A DNA stretch of 49,330 nucleotides, filler included, from Bipalium vagum (GCA_037834085.1; 2 parts of 2 records of this genome joined end to end with filler, not necessarily neighbours in it); one strand, 5' to 3'; shown: positions 25,417 to 38,080, counted from the first letter of the whole stretch. Numbers and translations: made by a program. The notes: generated by a model from the letters alone, not told the origin.

Positions 25417-26280
25417 ATGACGAATCAATATTTATTTACCAAAAATGAATGCTGCTTACAATTATCAATGAAAATTCCTGCTTATGTGACAATTTTCATG
25501 TCATTGGAACTTACGAGAGCTCACTCGGAGAATTATACGCAATGCATTGCCAGAAGTCAAGATAGTCAAATGAGATATTTCGTAATGACAAATGGTTCAT
25601 GTTATGTTCCTCAAGCAAAGTCATCAGGCCACAAAGATAAACTGACGAAGACCACTTACAAGGAACATTCTAATCAAATTCTCCTGTTCCGATTTGTGTC
25701 TGGCAGTAATGTTAATCCATATGATTATTACGCTAATTCCAACAACGAGATGAAATCTGTGGTAGATGTCAGAGAGAATAATACAGAAAACTTTAGGAGT
25801 GTACTTTTGGACGAATGGGACAATGTTCGACCAGTTGTTATGACCATGACTTTAAAAAACTACAATGACAAAAGATCTGGATATTTACAGTTTAGTGTAC
25901 GGAAGAATGACAATGTTACTTCGTGGTTCGGTCAAAAGAATTTGATCTATAGTTCTCCTTGGGAAACATGCTTCTTACGAGGTACTGGAATAAATTATTT
26001 TAGCATGACTGGTCGGCCAAAGTATCCAGCCAGATCATTTTATATCAGTAAAGTTGGTAATTCTCCTTGTAATGATGCCGGTTTTATGGTTATCGGAATG
26101 TCAGACGACAGCTGCAAATATATCACTAGAGACTACATGAAGTTCAACAGAAGCTATAAAAACCCCCAAATTTTGATTGTTACGTCGCCCAGAGGTGGAA
26201 AGTGGCTTAATGACAGGTTCTCTGTCAAGTTTCTGGAAATCACTGGCACCTACCCATCCAGCATTTCAGTGTTCACCTGA
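25417..26280 (+). CDS. Intronless putative secreted protein (PAN-like N-terminus plus an uncharacterised aromatic/Cys-rich domain); the start may be Met at 25468
   Basis: 287-aa open frame in AT-rich DNA, with an AATAAA signal downstream. Signal-like MKIPAYVTIFMSLELTRA. Pattern LLFR..G...YDYY/FRS.LLDEW/SWF...L..S.W/FSM.G...RSFYI/C.D.GF.VI recalls an uncharacterised invertebrate family (from memory, not searched). Confidence 0.75.
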   Translation: MTNQYLFTKNECCLQLSMKIPAYVTIFMSLELTRAHSENYTQCIARSQDSQMRYFVMTNGSCYVPQAKSSGHKDKLTKTTYKEHSNQILLFRFVSGSNVNPYDYYANSNNEMKSVVDVRENNTENFRSVLLDEWDNVRPVVMTMTLKNYNDKRSGYLQFSVRKNDNVTSWFGQKNLIYSSPWETCFLRGTGINYFSMTGRPKYPARSFYISKVGNSPCNDAGFMVIGMSDDSCKYITRDYMKFNRSYKNPQILIVTSPRGGKWLNDRFSVKFLEITGTYPSSISVFT

Positions 26281-26469
26281 GTGCCACTAAAAAGACTGAA
26301 AACGATTTAATAAATTCTCACGAAATCATTGTTTCGTTTATCTTATCTCTTTTCATTGTTTTAATTTCATATTTAATTTCTTTTTTGTTTAAATTGATTA
26401 AAATTATTAAACAAAATATTAAAACAAATTAATTTTAAATTAATCGTTAGCATTTTTTTGGAACTTTCC

Positions 26470-26700
26470 TGTATTTCTGTAAAGAAAAAGAACAATGGAG
26501 AAATAAAATGACATATGTCAAAGAAATCTCTTTTGTTATGTGAAGAAGACGGGAACAATGGGGAACATTGTCTTTTGTAAGATATTCTTCATCAAAGTAA
26601 CTGACATGACCCTGTGATGAGGAGATGACATTTCGAGGACTAAACATAAAGGATAATAGAGTGTTTGGAAATCTTCCTCTACTGTTCTTCTTGACAATTG
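26470..26700 (-). repeat. Diverged duplicate of 30600-30860 (possible small paralogous exon or gene)
   Basis: Shared TTTCTGTAAAGAA, ACTGACATGACCCT.TGATGAG.AG.TGAC and TTTGGAAAT. Peptides SSQGHVS..EE.LTK/TKEISLT versus SSEGHVS..EE.FTK/TKEIFLT. Confidence 0.75.
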
Positions 26701-26929
26701 TTTAGGGCAAGAAAAGAAACAATGACTCTGTCAGCCTCAAATTTACTTCGTAAGCGTAACCGTTGATCATTTTAAAAAACGTCTGTTTAGTACGTACCTA
26801 ATTTGTTACACCTTGGGAAATTCGTAATAATATTAGGGATCCACTTTAATTATGAGTCTCCAATCAACAAAACTCCAAAATCAATTTTACCATTGATTAA
26901 ATTGATTGATTGATTGATTACGATTGATT

Positions 26930-27520
26930 AAATATTGTCTATCAGTGTCTGCCACTGCTCTCAAATATCTGACTACCAAAGAGTGAATGCCATCGGAATA
27001 CAAGTCAGCAATTTTTTGATCAAGGACGTTTATAAGTCATTTCTTATGTCGTCCAGGTTTTCATAACTTTTCTTTTAGGAAAGTGAGGTGATAATCTGTA
27101 ACCGCCATGTTTGGGATATATGGTGGATCTGACTAGACTTCATAACACAGTTCTCTTAATTTATTTTGTGTCACTGGGGTTTAGTAATATCATGCTGAAG
27201 AATACCCCATTTTCCGATAATCAAAAGGGGACCACAATGTAATGATTAATTGTTGGAAATAACTTTCAGAGTCAATAATTTCGTTTTTTTTTCAAGAGTT
27301 CCCAATAAATGACTCCTAAGCAATCCCACCAAACAGACAATAGAACCTTTTTGGGAATAAGCCTGGTTTCAAGGTCGCAAGTGGATGTTGATCAGCCAAT
27401 AACCATTGTTTGCGATGATCAGGATTAGTGTATTCAACAAACTTTCCATCGAATGCCACAATTTATTACCAAAATGGATCTGTATCATGTCTTATGAGGT
27501 TTGCATTGCACATTATATGG
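26930..27520 (-). mobile_element. Mariner DD34D transposase remnant (catalytic half)
   Basis: Minus-strand translation DPFW..IV.FDGKFVEY.N..RKQWL...KPGLFPKKVLLSVWWDCLGVIYWELL...PPYIPNMAVTDYHL...YSDGIHSL. Confidence 0.88.
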
Positions 27521-27544
27521 GTACACGTTTCAAGGAAGACCAAG

Positions 27545-28075
27545 TGTTTAATTAAATGCACAAGGGTTGGAACTTTATATTTTTATTAGACACCGGAGCA
27601 GGATTAGTATAATGATGTTGGTTATTATCTGGGTGTTTAAGGATATTAGAAAGCAGTACCAGGGTGACAGATTGAGATGTGCCAACAATGTTTTTTTAAA
27701 GACAAGAAATTTGTGTAGAAATCAGTTTTAGCCATAAAACGGGGGGAAGATAGTTTTACTCCAGAATAACTCTTCGAAAAGGAATTTATTAGAGATTTTG
27801 AAACAGCAACTTAGAATGAAATGTAACATAAAAGATGATTGATTTGGTGTGGTAATGTTGATTGATTTCAAAAGGAGGACGCTTGGATAGAGTCTAAAAA
27901 GAGTACTCTAGATTAAGAAGGATATTCAAAATGAATGAACATATTTCTATTAATGACTTAACAAAGCATAAAATAAAGACAAAGCAGAACCGATTAATTT
28001 AAAATCTTTTAGACAACCAATAAATCTTGGAGAGATCAGTGTATCTCTATGACAATAGTAGCATTAGAAAATGTG
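27545..28075 (+). mobile_element. Decayed Gypsy protease/RT-start remnant related to 7374-7931
   Basis: LLDTGAG at about 27583 and HKIKT..EPINLKSFRQP near 27965-28020. Many disablements. Confidence 0.7.
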
Positions 28076-28389
28076 TAACATAACGTTAACATATGTATGT
28101 TTCGTTTTGGTTTGCTGTTTTGTCTTGGTATGATATATTAGGAAAGAAGACCGGGGATGAAGATCTGCGCAGTCAACGAGTGGCGGAATTAAGTAAAAAT
28201 TTGCACACTAACGTGCCCACAGCGCACCTCAAGCAGGCCGATGACTGGCAAAACAACGAGCTAATGAAAGGCGAACACAAAAGATGATGAAAAAAGAAAA
28301 AAGTAAAAAGAAACTGGAGATAACAATTAAGAACTATAAAGAGTGACGAAGAATGAAGAGGATTTTTATTTGGCCACGGTTTCTGTGTG

Positions 28390-28540
28390 TAGGCAGACGG
28401 ATATTGAGGCACTGTGGAAGAATTCGGAGGAACAGTGTGCAATGATTCCAAAATATACGATTAAAACTCTTTATGAAAGCATGCCAAAAAGGATCCAAGA
28501 AATAATTAAAAATAAAGGTATGAATACAAAGTACTTATTT
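28390..28540 (+). mobile_element. Tc1 transposase C-terminal remnant
   Basis: EALWKNSEEQCAMIPKYTIKTLYESMPKRIQEIIKNKGMNTKY. Confidence 0.85.
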
Positions 28541-28788
28541 CGAGTATCTTAATTGTTCACGAGGTTGACTGTTTCTCAAAGTAATTGTTGGTCATTTGAA
28601 ATGTAAATAAAAGATGTTTCGCAGATGTTTCATTGTTGACGTATTCAAAAATGACTTAAAAAGTGATGCTTTTGAAAAAATCGGTTTTACTTTGGAAATA
28701 TTTGATTGGAAACATTTATTAGGTCTACGAATCGAGAAGGTTACTATTTTTGAGAATATTACAATTCAAAAGATTGGTAAAATAAATA

Positions 28789-29794
28789 CAGTGCAACTTC
28801 TATTTTGGACCAAAAAATTTCAAAAGTGGTCCAAAAATAGGAGTTGGTCCAATAGTAGACGTTAAGACATAAAAAGACATGTTAAGACATGTTTTATATG
28901 AACTTAAATGGATGTGATAATAGAAATTAAAAAAACAACAACTTCAAATTTAGATCTGACACGTTGACATTCTTAAAACATCGAGGTTTAGCATGCTTTC
29001 CTATAATAAAAGGTTTTTCTTTCAATCCAGCCATGCTGCAACATAATAACAGGGTTAACCTGTCTTTTTTTATTTTAATGACTTTACATTCTTCATGTGA
29101 TAATACGAAACTTCTGCTGCTGATTGATCTGTAGTATAAAGCGGTTTCGTTGCACTTATATACATTTTCAGCTGTATATTGACTAATTTTTTCTTTAATG
29201 ATATTTCGGAAGTTTTCAGCTTGAGAGTGATCAGCTGATTTCATTTCTCCGAATAAAACTTTCCAACTGATTTTATGCAGCCTCTTAAATTTATCCAACC
29301 AACCTGTCGATGCTTTGAAATCAATTCTATTTGTTTTGTTGCTATATTTAAGGCCATTCTTCTAATGTCCGACCATTTATCGGGAAGTTTCTCTCACGTA
29401 AACTTTGAAACATTTCTAAAATAGTACTGTCAAAGACTGTTCCTGAATTTTTTAAAGGATTTATTTCGATTTCAGTATAAATTCTTTGAATTTTTGACTT
29501 GCCAGTTCTATATTTCTTGCATAGCATTCGCTGGGAAGATTCTTCATTGCGAAGTTGCTCGGCAATATTATATTTATCTTCATATGATAATTTTTTACTC
29601 ATTCCTCATTTTGAAAATGTTATACCAAAATATTATTAAAACAAATTATTCAAATTTTTGGACCAAAAATTTTATTTTTTATATGAAAATATCGAGAAAA
29701 ATGATAATTACGAATTATTAGTCCAAATATGGAGTTTGGTCCGATTATAGAAGTGGTCCATTTCAGAAATTGGTCCAAAATAGAAGTTGCACTG
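28789..29794 (-). mobile_element. Internally deleted pogo/Tigger transposon with intact TIRs
   Basis: Perfect 25-bp TIRs CAGTGCAACTTCTATTTTGGACCAA flanked by TA, with GGTCCAA subterminal repeats. Carries a frameshifted CENP-B/Tigger-like ORF (PINGRTL...FKASTGWLDKFKR.H.I...GE...NETALYY...KDRLTLLLCC...GKHAKPRCFK) truncated before the end of the DDE domain. Confidence 0.95.
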
Positions 29795-30599
29795 TATAAT
29801 ATTTCAATGTAACTTGAGATTAATTTTTTGACATCTTCAATCTTTTTAAAATGGGAATCCGCCAGATGATGTTGAAGAGAACTGAATAAATAATAATATC
29901 ATGGCTGCATGTCAGATGAGAGAACTTTCCAGCCAGCAGAGGTTAGATTGGTCCACTGTTGTTTTTAACGTATGTGGTTAGACATTATCATACAGAACAA
30001 ATACAAGACTAGGTCCAGCACCATTAAATTACCTATTTAGCAAAAAAGAGATTTCCTAGTGACTGGAGCCTTTTCAATTTGCCGACCTAATACTTCAACA
30101 AATTCTCAGATATAGTTAAATGGAGACTGAATCAAAGTATTAATAGTTCGATATTTCAATCATTTAATCGAAATGATATGGATTGCTCAAAACATATGGA
30201 CGGCATTAAATTTAAAAAATAATTAAATTGTAAAAATGTTTTGTCCCTTTATTTAATATTTGAAAAAATTATTTAATTTTATTTTCAAAATTATTTATTT
30301 ATTTAAAAAAAATTTAATTTATTTTTAATTGTTTTAAACTCAGTAATTAAAGATTTGATATTATTTTTACTTTATAATGTTAATTAAAATTTAAATCTCA
30401 CACTCGGAAATGATTTCTGTTTAAATATTAAAACAAATTAATTTTCTTTAAAAAGATAATTGGTACATTAATTAAATTAAAATAATTTCCCCTTTGTAAT
30501 TAAGGAAAAATATTTTCATTTTTTGAGAATTTTCAAAGGTTTTATTATCAAAAAATTTAATTATCCCACTCATATTTAATTAAATTATTTATTTTCCAA

Positions 30600-30860
30600 T
30601 ATTATTTCTGTAAAGAACATTTTCTATGGGGATAAAAACAAAACCACAAAAGATTCCATCATCTCCAAGAATGACATGACATGTGTCAGAAAGATCTCCT
30701 TTGTTTTGCGAGTAACAATGGGGTCGCCCCAATCCCCTTTGACTTTTGTAAAACATTCTTCACCAGAATTACTGACATGACCCTCTGATGAGAAGGTGAC
30801 GTTTTCAGAGCTAAAATTAAAGTTTTGGAAATGTTTCCCGTTTTTTCTTCTTTTCAAATG
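30600..30860 (-). repeat. Diverged duplicate of 26470-26700
   Basis: See the partner copy. A 77-aa open frame spans 30624-30857. Confidence 0.75.
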
Positions 30861-31222
30861 TCTAAAGCCAAAAGAAATGAGAAAGATGGTTTAATAATAA
30901 TAAATTAATTAAATATTTTGATTTTTCATTTGGTGAGCTCGGTCATATTTATTCAGTCACAGGTTGAGAAGGTTCCTGTTTTTAAAGTCACAATCCAACA
31001 AAAACGTTTTTCATAAATTAATCAATATTAAATTAAAAATAATCGCTAATTAATACAGGGTGTTTATCATGTATGTTAACATATTTTTTTTTAAATTACA
31101 AGTTAAAAAATAAAGTTATTGGGTAGTTGCATTAATTCTCGCTGGTTTTTAAAGAAAATAAAAAAGTTAAATAAAAACTCAATATACATTTATTTTTACA
31201 TGAGATGTCAAGCAAAATATTG

Positions 31223-31322
31223 NNNNNNNNNNNNNNNNNNNNNNNNNNNNNNNNNNNNNNNNNNNNTTAATTAATTAANNNNNNNNNNNNNNNNNNNNNN
31301 NNNNNNNNNNNNNNNNNNNNNN
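31223..31322. other. Artificial 100-bp contig linker N44-TTAATTAATTAA-N44
   Basis: A six-frame stop palindrome embedded in Ns, a standard concatenation spacer. Confidence 0.92.
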
Positions 31323-31855
31323 CAGCATCAAATATTGAATACTCGGCAAAGATTTGGCAGTACCATGTTACAGGAATCCTGAGATCTATCTAGAACTATA
31401 CTATTTTCCGATGTCGACAAAGATGGGCGAAGAAGGCTGAAGCAAAATTTCAAATAAGTGAAGAGCTCATCTGACAAAGATCCATGCAGATCCACTGTGT
31501 CTTGAAGAAATAAACTCAAAATTATTTTTACTAAAATAAATTTTATAATATATTATATTATGTTGACATTATATGTATAAAGATATTTAAAGTTTTAAAT
31601 TTCGTCATTCACAAAATCTTATTTATTTTAAGGATAAGGTGACTTTAACTTTACATATCTATTTTTTGTTTTAATCAGAAAAGATTTTGGGTGAATTTAA
31701 GCTTCAATTATTGTATGTTTAACTTCTTTAGGTCATTTCCAAATAATTATAACGAATAATATTTAAACTGATTTTTATTTCACTTTTAAAAGACAAGACT
31801 TGTCAGGTCCGATAAAAGTTGAAAATATCAATGCTTTCAGCTTGTAATCAGTATG

Positions 31856-32593
31856 TCAGTATTGTCCATGAAATCTGGTACATGTTCCATATTTTTTGTA
31901 TCTCTTAGCTAGGGATCCATCGACATAATTTGAGATGATACAGTATCTTTTTCCTGAATCACAGAAGTAGAATGACTTGCAAACCGAAGATTGTAAACAC
32001 CTAAAAATAGTAACATCGTGGACATGTATAATTTTTAAGTACTTTATGCCACACTTGATTTTGGAAATAGTTCGATATTCTGAATAGCATCCTTCATCAT
32101 CTTCATTGAAAATTTTCGAAATATCCGTCACAAATTTCATTTCTTCACTTCTTTTCGTTTTATCATGAACACAAACGGTCATTTGTTTGGAATTGCAGTT
32201 AACATCATCCAGACCGATTCCGTTCTGAAAAACAACACAATCCTGTCCACCTTCAATATTATTTGGTCTGTCTTGTCTCCATAACCCAGTATCTTTCATC
32301 TCACTACCATCAGATTGTAACCAGCCGAGTTTAGACAAATTTCTTTCTTTGTAAAGGTCATTGATACTCGTGAAATAAAAATCGTCCACTAAAGCCCTTC
32401 CTAAAAATTTTAAATCACTTTCGAATGGCAATCTTCCTTTGATCTGCGTACAAAGTTTCCAAGCCTCGCAAAATGTCACTTTAGTTTTATTTAAAAGAAT
32501 GCACGTATCATTGAAAAGTTCATAGGGCTTTTGACACATTCCTTGAGTTCTTTCAAGAAAAGAAAGCAAGACAAATATCTCAAAAATGTTCAT
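31856..32593 (-). CDS. Secreted C-type lectin domain + PAN/apple domain protein
   Basis: Signal peptide MNIFEIFVLLSFLERTQG. CTLD C..PY.LFN.TC...TFCEAWKLC....GRL...W..DRPNN..GGQDCV...LDDVNC....VC. Removing a 42-nt GT-AG intron (32042-32001) restores PAN-like SKIKCGIKCLQSSVCKSFYF...C. Confidence 0.9.
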   Translation of the reverse strand: MNIFEIFVLLSFLERTQGMCQKPYELFNDTCILLNKTKVTFCEAWKLCTQIKGRLPFESDLKFLGRALVDDFYFTSINDLYKERNLSKLGWLQSDGSEMKDTGLWRQDRPNNIEGGQDCVVFQNGIGLDDVNCNSKQMTVCVHDKTKRSEEMKFVTDISKIFNEDDEGCYSEYRTISKIKCGIKYLKIIHVHDVTIFRCLQSSVCKSFYFCDSGKRYCIISNYVDGSLAKRYKKYGTCTRFHGQY

Positions 32594-32998
32594 AAATAAT
32601 AATGGCTTTTTTCTGCCTTACAATTATATTTTTTTTCTCCCAGCCAATAAGAATCGCCGAATCAAAACAAAAATAATTAATTAATTAATTAAACAACAAA
32701 ATCTTTGCTCCTTGAATTCAGTTATATTTAGTTTGCAACCATGAACGTTTTATAATTATATAATTAACTGTTTTAATATTATTAATAATATTTAATAATT
32801 AACAACAAAAGTTAAACATTTTAATTTTTTATATTTTTATTTATAATAATTATAGAGAATGCTTATATTTGACACAAGGGATACCTTGTGACCATGGTTA
32901 ATTATTTTATTTTACTTTATTATTCCAGGTTATTTAATAATATCAAAAATTTTAAAGTAAATAAAAATAATTTTTACAAATAATCTTACAATAACTTA

Positions 32999-33848
32999 CA
33001 GGGTCGTCTAAATAAACCCGGAACATTTTCAAAATTATATCAAAAGATTATTTAAGTGATCACTCTAATCAATTTTGTTTAAGTAAAATAATTTATCATT
33101 AAAATAGATTAATCATATTTGAATATAATATTTGAATACTAGTGGTAGGTTCAGAAAATGGTCGAAGAAAAACAGTGTTACAATCTCTTTGCGCTTTAAG
33201 AAAGTCAGAAGGAATAATTGAACGGTTTGGTTACAATTAAATCCAAGTTTATGAGTTATAAACAAGCAACACAAATATATTTCAAAGTCCATGTGTTCTA
33301 AGTTGTCAGCTTTAGTCATGGTCCTAAGCAGTGAATTCCAAGATAATGTCACGTCCCTCTTTCCAGCGTGGCCTCAAAATAGATGCTGACCTTAATATCG
33401 ACATGTTAAACGCGGTAGTAAAACCGTAGATGGACGAAATAGCCGGTGGGAGAAAATACGTCTATGCTCCTGTTCATCAGCTTTTGAAAACATAAGCATG
33501 GCTTTAATGAAATTTATCCTATCACTGGTCACTTAATTTATGGCCATTCTCTATCCGTGACTGTAATCCTCTTGATTATTACCTATGGAGCATAGTTGTA
33601 TTTAAAATTAACTGAAAACCTGAAGACACCAACAAAAACAACAGCATCATATAGGTAATAACTAATTTGGACAGGGAGAAAGTCAAATGAGCATACAACG
33701 CGTTCCGGAACCAGTTCGTGGTGGTGATTGTGATACATCGTACAATCTTAGAATTTATAATTTCATTCAGTTATGTGCTTAATTTTATTGTTAAAAAAGT
33801 TATTGATTTTGTCTATTTACGTTTTTTGGATTTTTTTCCACAACCCTG
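32999..33848 (+). mobile_element. Internally deleted Tc1/mariner (maT/DD37D-like) element
   Basis: TA|CAGGGT...ACCCTG|TA imperfect TIRs. Remnant GLKIDA...ML..VVKP.M...APVH...WP.S..DCNPLDYYLWS.V. Confidence 0.85.
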
Positions 33849-34461
33849 TAAATAACAAAATATAGCATCTTATAACATTTGAAATATTTCGTATTACTTA
33901 ACATATTATATAATTAATAATAAATATTTAACAATACCTGAAGTTAATTCATAATATTTACCTAGTTCGATATAAGTTCGGAAACAATTTTACAGGCATT
34001 TTAATCTGAAGTGCCTATTTCTACAAATATTTTTTATCAAAAGTCGACAATTGTGAAAAATACGGTCACGAAAGATATTCTGCTAGTGTGAAAACTTGAC
34101 AACCAGGATCCTCAAATTCATAAACGGTCAATGAAACAGGTATGATATTATTTGATTATTTTTTATACCATTGACTTTATTAAATAACTAACAAATTTGT
34201 TAATATTTTACATAAATAAAACATAAATCTGACTACTTTAATTTTATTACTCCTCGGCTTATTCTAATAACCCTGTTGGCAAAAAAATTAAAGTACTAAG
34301 ACATCATGGTTTTTTTTTCCACAAATAATAATGACAATCCCCAATAAAAATGTTAATTCTATCAATATTGTGTTGTATTCACACAAATCAAATAATCAAT
34401 TATAAATTAGTCAACGCGTTCCAAAATTGTATTAGTAATAAAAGCCAACAGTTTATCAAAG

Positions 34462-34972
34462 ATAAGTTGTAACATAATTTTTCGTAAATTTAATGTATTA
34501 CAGTTTTTTTAACCAGATTAAATTTATTTATTAATAAATAGATTTATTTGAAATCTATTTTGCTTATTAACAAAATTATAGTAAGTATTTTAATATATCA
34601 TTTAATTTTTTTAAAAATCCATAGGTTTGAAATGAAATGCCAAATTGATCAAAAGCTTATTTTCCACACCCTGTGTATTCTCCGGATCTTGCACCAACTG
34701 ATTTTTATTATTTTCACTCGCTTTCAAATCAAATGATAGGCATAACTTTTCAGATCGAGGAAAATCTTAAAATTTTGATCACAAATTTCTTTCAGAGCAA
34801 ATCTAGCAATCTCTGGAATAAAGGTTTCTACAAATTGGTGGAAAAATGGGAGAAGATCCTAAACAATGACGGAAATTATGTTATCAAATGATTTTTATTA
34901 TTCGTAAATAAATTATGTTTTACTTCATTTTATATATTGTAAAAACTTACGAAAATTTATGTTACAACCTAT
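34462..34972 (+). mobile_element. Mariner deletion derivative (MITE-like) with both TIRs
   Basis: Near-identical approximately 30-bp inverted ends ATAaGTTGTAACATAAtTTTTCGTAA. Internal YSPDLAPTDFYYFHSL...LVEKWEKILNNDGNY (mariner C-terminus). Confidence 0.9.
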
Positions 34973-37230
34973 TAATATTCAAATGTGAAACCTTTAAATA
35001 GAATGAATAATACTAATGTCAGTAATAAATGTAATGTAACGACATTAATGTCAACGATAATGACCTTGTAATAGTATTTAATCCAATAATATGATAGTAA
35101 AATACCATCCTTATGTTTTGAGCCACCCCTATCATTTCCATTAAATAATTGAAATGTGTAATTGTAAATATAGTGTGTTTCAAAAGTAGTAGCGCGAACT
35201 TTTGTGTGTTTTATTCTGTGAACACTATTATAAAGAATATCCAAATTTTCATCAGCGAACCGATTTTGACGGAGTATTTATGAATGAGGATCTTACCCTC
35301 TTTTGTTTTCCTTTGGTATTTATTGTTCTTGGACAACCAGATTTCTTTATAAATTCTATACGATCTTCATCTATAAATCTCTTTAGTATGCCTTAAATCG
35401 ATCTTCTTGTCACATTTTCTGCAGAAATGGTCAATTTTTAATTTACGATTTCTATTATATCCTTGAAAATATTCAATTATTCGGTTGGCTCTCTTTTAAT
35501 AAAAATTCACCCTCGTTTTTACCAAAATTTAACATGTTATATATGAAATTAAAGCTTACTTAATATTCTATTGGAATATAAAAATTCCCAATTAATAATT
35601 TAATAATTTTCAAAATTTTACAAATAATAATAATAATAATAATAAATTAATTATTAATACTTTTTTTGAAAATATAAGATGTATAAAATTAGATTTTAAC
35701 AAAATCTTTTGCTTAATGTATTTCATTATTTATTTTTCAAAAGAGACTTATTTGTGAAATGCTAAAATCTCTAGTTACGAGAACAAGTACCATTGTTATT
35801 TTAGAATTTTGAGGGATTAGATTGATATGTTTAATGGGAGCCCTTTCCTTCAAGGGATAAATATGATATGCAGTGTAACATATGGCTTTACTTGCTTATG
35901 TATACAGATACACAAGTAACCATAATAAACAATTCGGATGCCCTTCTATTGTCTTAAAAGAAACCGGAAATGAAATTCACTTGTACACTAGTTATATACG
36001 TAATTTTAAAAGTATAAAAATAAAATGTCGCTTTGCTGATGAAAATGTATTAAAATTACACTCTAATTAGAATCTCATTACCTTATATTTGTTAAATCTA
36101 GGAAATCCAAGAATCTCCTTTACTTGGATTAATTTGCTTGTCCAAAAAATGTGACCACTTCATAAGATTAACCTTACTGGACCCAATGTTTTGGTATTCA
36201 TTTTACAACTACTTTAATAAAAAATGAAACTATTCTGCAAGGGTTCAACAGTATTTAAGAAAATTGAATTTTTATAAATTTATTTGAATTTTCCTTTTCT
36301 ATCGGTATCGATAAAATTTTAGTGTTGTAAGTAGTGTCAATGTGAAGAAGCAAAATCAACTTGAAACCTGAATGATGAATCATTAGGTTTTCCTTTGTTT
36401 TAATAATTAAAAATTATCATTTTCATTACATTTAAACATTATGTTAATTGAAATCAAATATTTTATAATTTTATTGATTAAAATTTTTATAATTAATTTT
36501 ATTAATCAACAGAGAGCCAAAACTTTAAAATGAGGATTTCATATTTTTATTATATTGGTTAAAAAACTATAAAAATCCAAATAAACAAAAAAATTGAAAA
36601 TGATATTTAGGTTCTCCGTTGGTTGTCTTCATTTTAACTCTATTGCCACTTTTCAGAATTTGCTACATCACAAGCCAAACTAATGAAACCAGATAATTTG
36701 TCTCTAATTACAGTTATTGAACTTATCAGAAGGAAATCCGCCTTCTCTTACCTTTTCTAAAATTTTTAAATATTCTTTACCTTCAAAATAGTTTTCTATC
36801 AATAACAGTACTTTTAGTTTTTCTTTATTAATGAGGTTTTTTATTTTTATAACATAAAAAATAGATAAGGTTTACATAAAGTATTGAACCTTATACATCG
36901 TTCACATCGTTCTTAACCTGTAAAGTATAAATAAAACTTAACAAAGTAAATTTGGAAAGTTAATTGATGGAAGTACGTTTTTGTTGTTATTAAAATCACT
37001 TTCCTGATAATAAAAATTATTGTTATTCTATAAAAATAAATCAGAAAGAATTTCAATTTTTATTTAACTAAAAAATCTATGATATATTTTTGAAGAAGTA
37101 AATTTAGTAAAATGACTATTTATTATAATTATGTAATTACTTACTTCATGCTATAAAAAAATTAGATTTAATAAATGACTATTTTTACGTTAATGGATTG
37201 TTTTAAATAATTAATTTTGTTTATTTATTG

Positions 37231-38080
37231 GTAATCTTTTGAATTTAGAAATGGCAAATATTCTGGAGGATCAAAAATTTTTATTTATGGAAGGTTGTTT
37301 GTCAAAATTGCAACATGAATATGCTACGGCCGAAGATTTATGACAATCTTACAATATCAACAAAAACTATGCCAGAAAATTGCGGGATCAGTTTTTTCAA
37401 AGTGGTTCATTAAATTCTTAAACGTCGAGCTAGTAGCATCTCCGATATTTCAAATGAGACTCAAATTCCCAGTAGTAGAGTGCAAAGAATTGTTGTAGTT
37501 GAACAATTTAGACTAGTCCAGAAGAAAATATTCACTCTAATAATAAATGCTCATAAAAATAAAAGGCTTAAGTGGTGCTGACAACACAAGAATAATACAT
37601 GGGACGCATGGGTGAATACTGATGAAAAAAGGTTCCAGTTATATTCGTTCAAGAATATTGTGATAATGGCCTCAGAAAGAAAGATCCTGTAATAACCAAA
37701 ACAAATATCCAAAAATTAATGGTACTAACTGCTGTTGTGAAACAGAATTCGGAAAAAAGTTTAACGGTCTCCATGTCATATAGAGAATTCAGTATTAGCG
37801 ATCGTCAAAAAATAACAAAAATGGTGACGTACACAAAGGTAATTTAGCAATGACCTCGGACTTTTTACGAATTGATACATGATGAAATCATGCCTGTAAT
37901 CTGCAACAGAATGTACTGGTGTCAAACAGTTTCCATCCAAATAGATAATGCCCGTCCATATGCTGGTAAAAACAGTGTGGAAAATTTAAAGGATTTCGGT
38001 GACAACCATCACTGTTATGAATCAGCCGGTCCAATCTTTTGATTTAAACCTTGGATTCTTTATCTCCTTAAATAAGCGAT
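37231..38080 (+). mobile_element. Decayed Tc1/mariner-superfamily transposase (DD39D-like motifs)
   Basis: HKNKRLKWC.QH...W.AWVNTDEKRF...KLMVLTAVV...IQIDNARPYAG...QPVQSFDLN.LGFF.SL. Multiple stops and frameshifts. Confidence 0.8.

Noticed and set aside
35560-36950. Possible short-intron gene fragments
   Set aside because: Could not assemble a stop-free model or recognise a domain.
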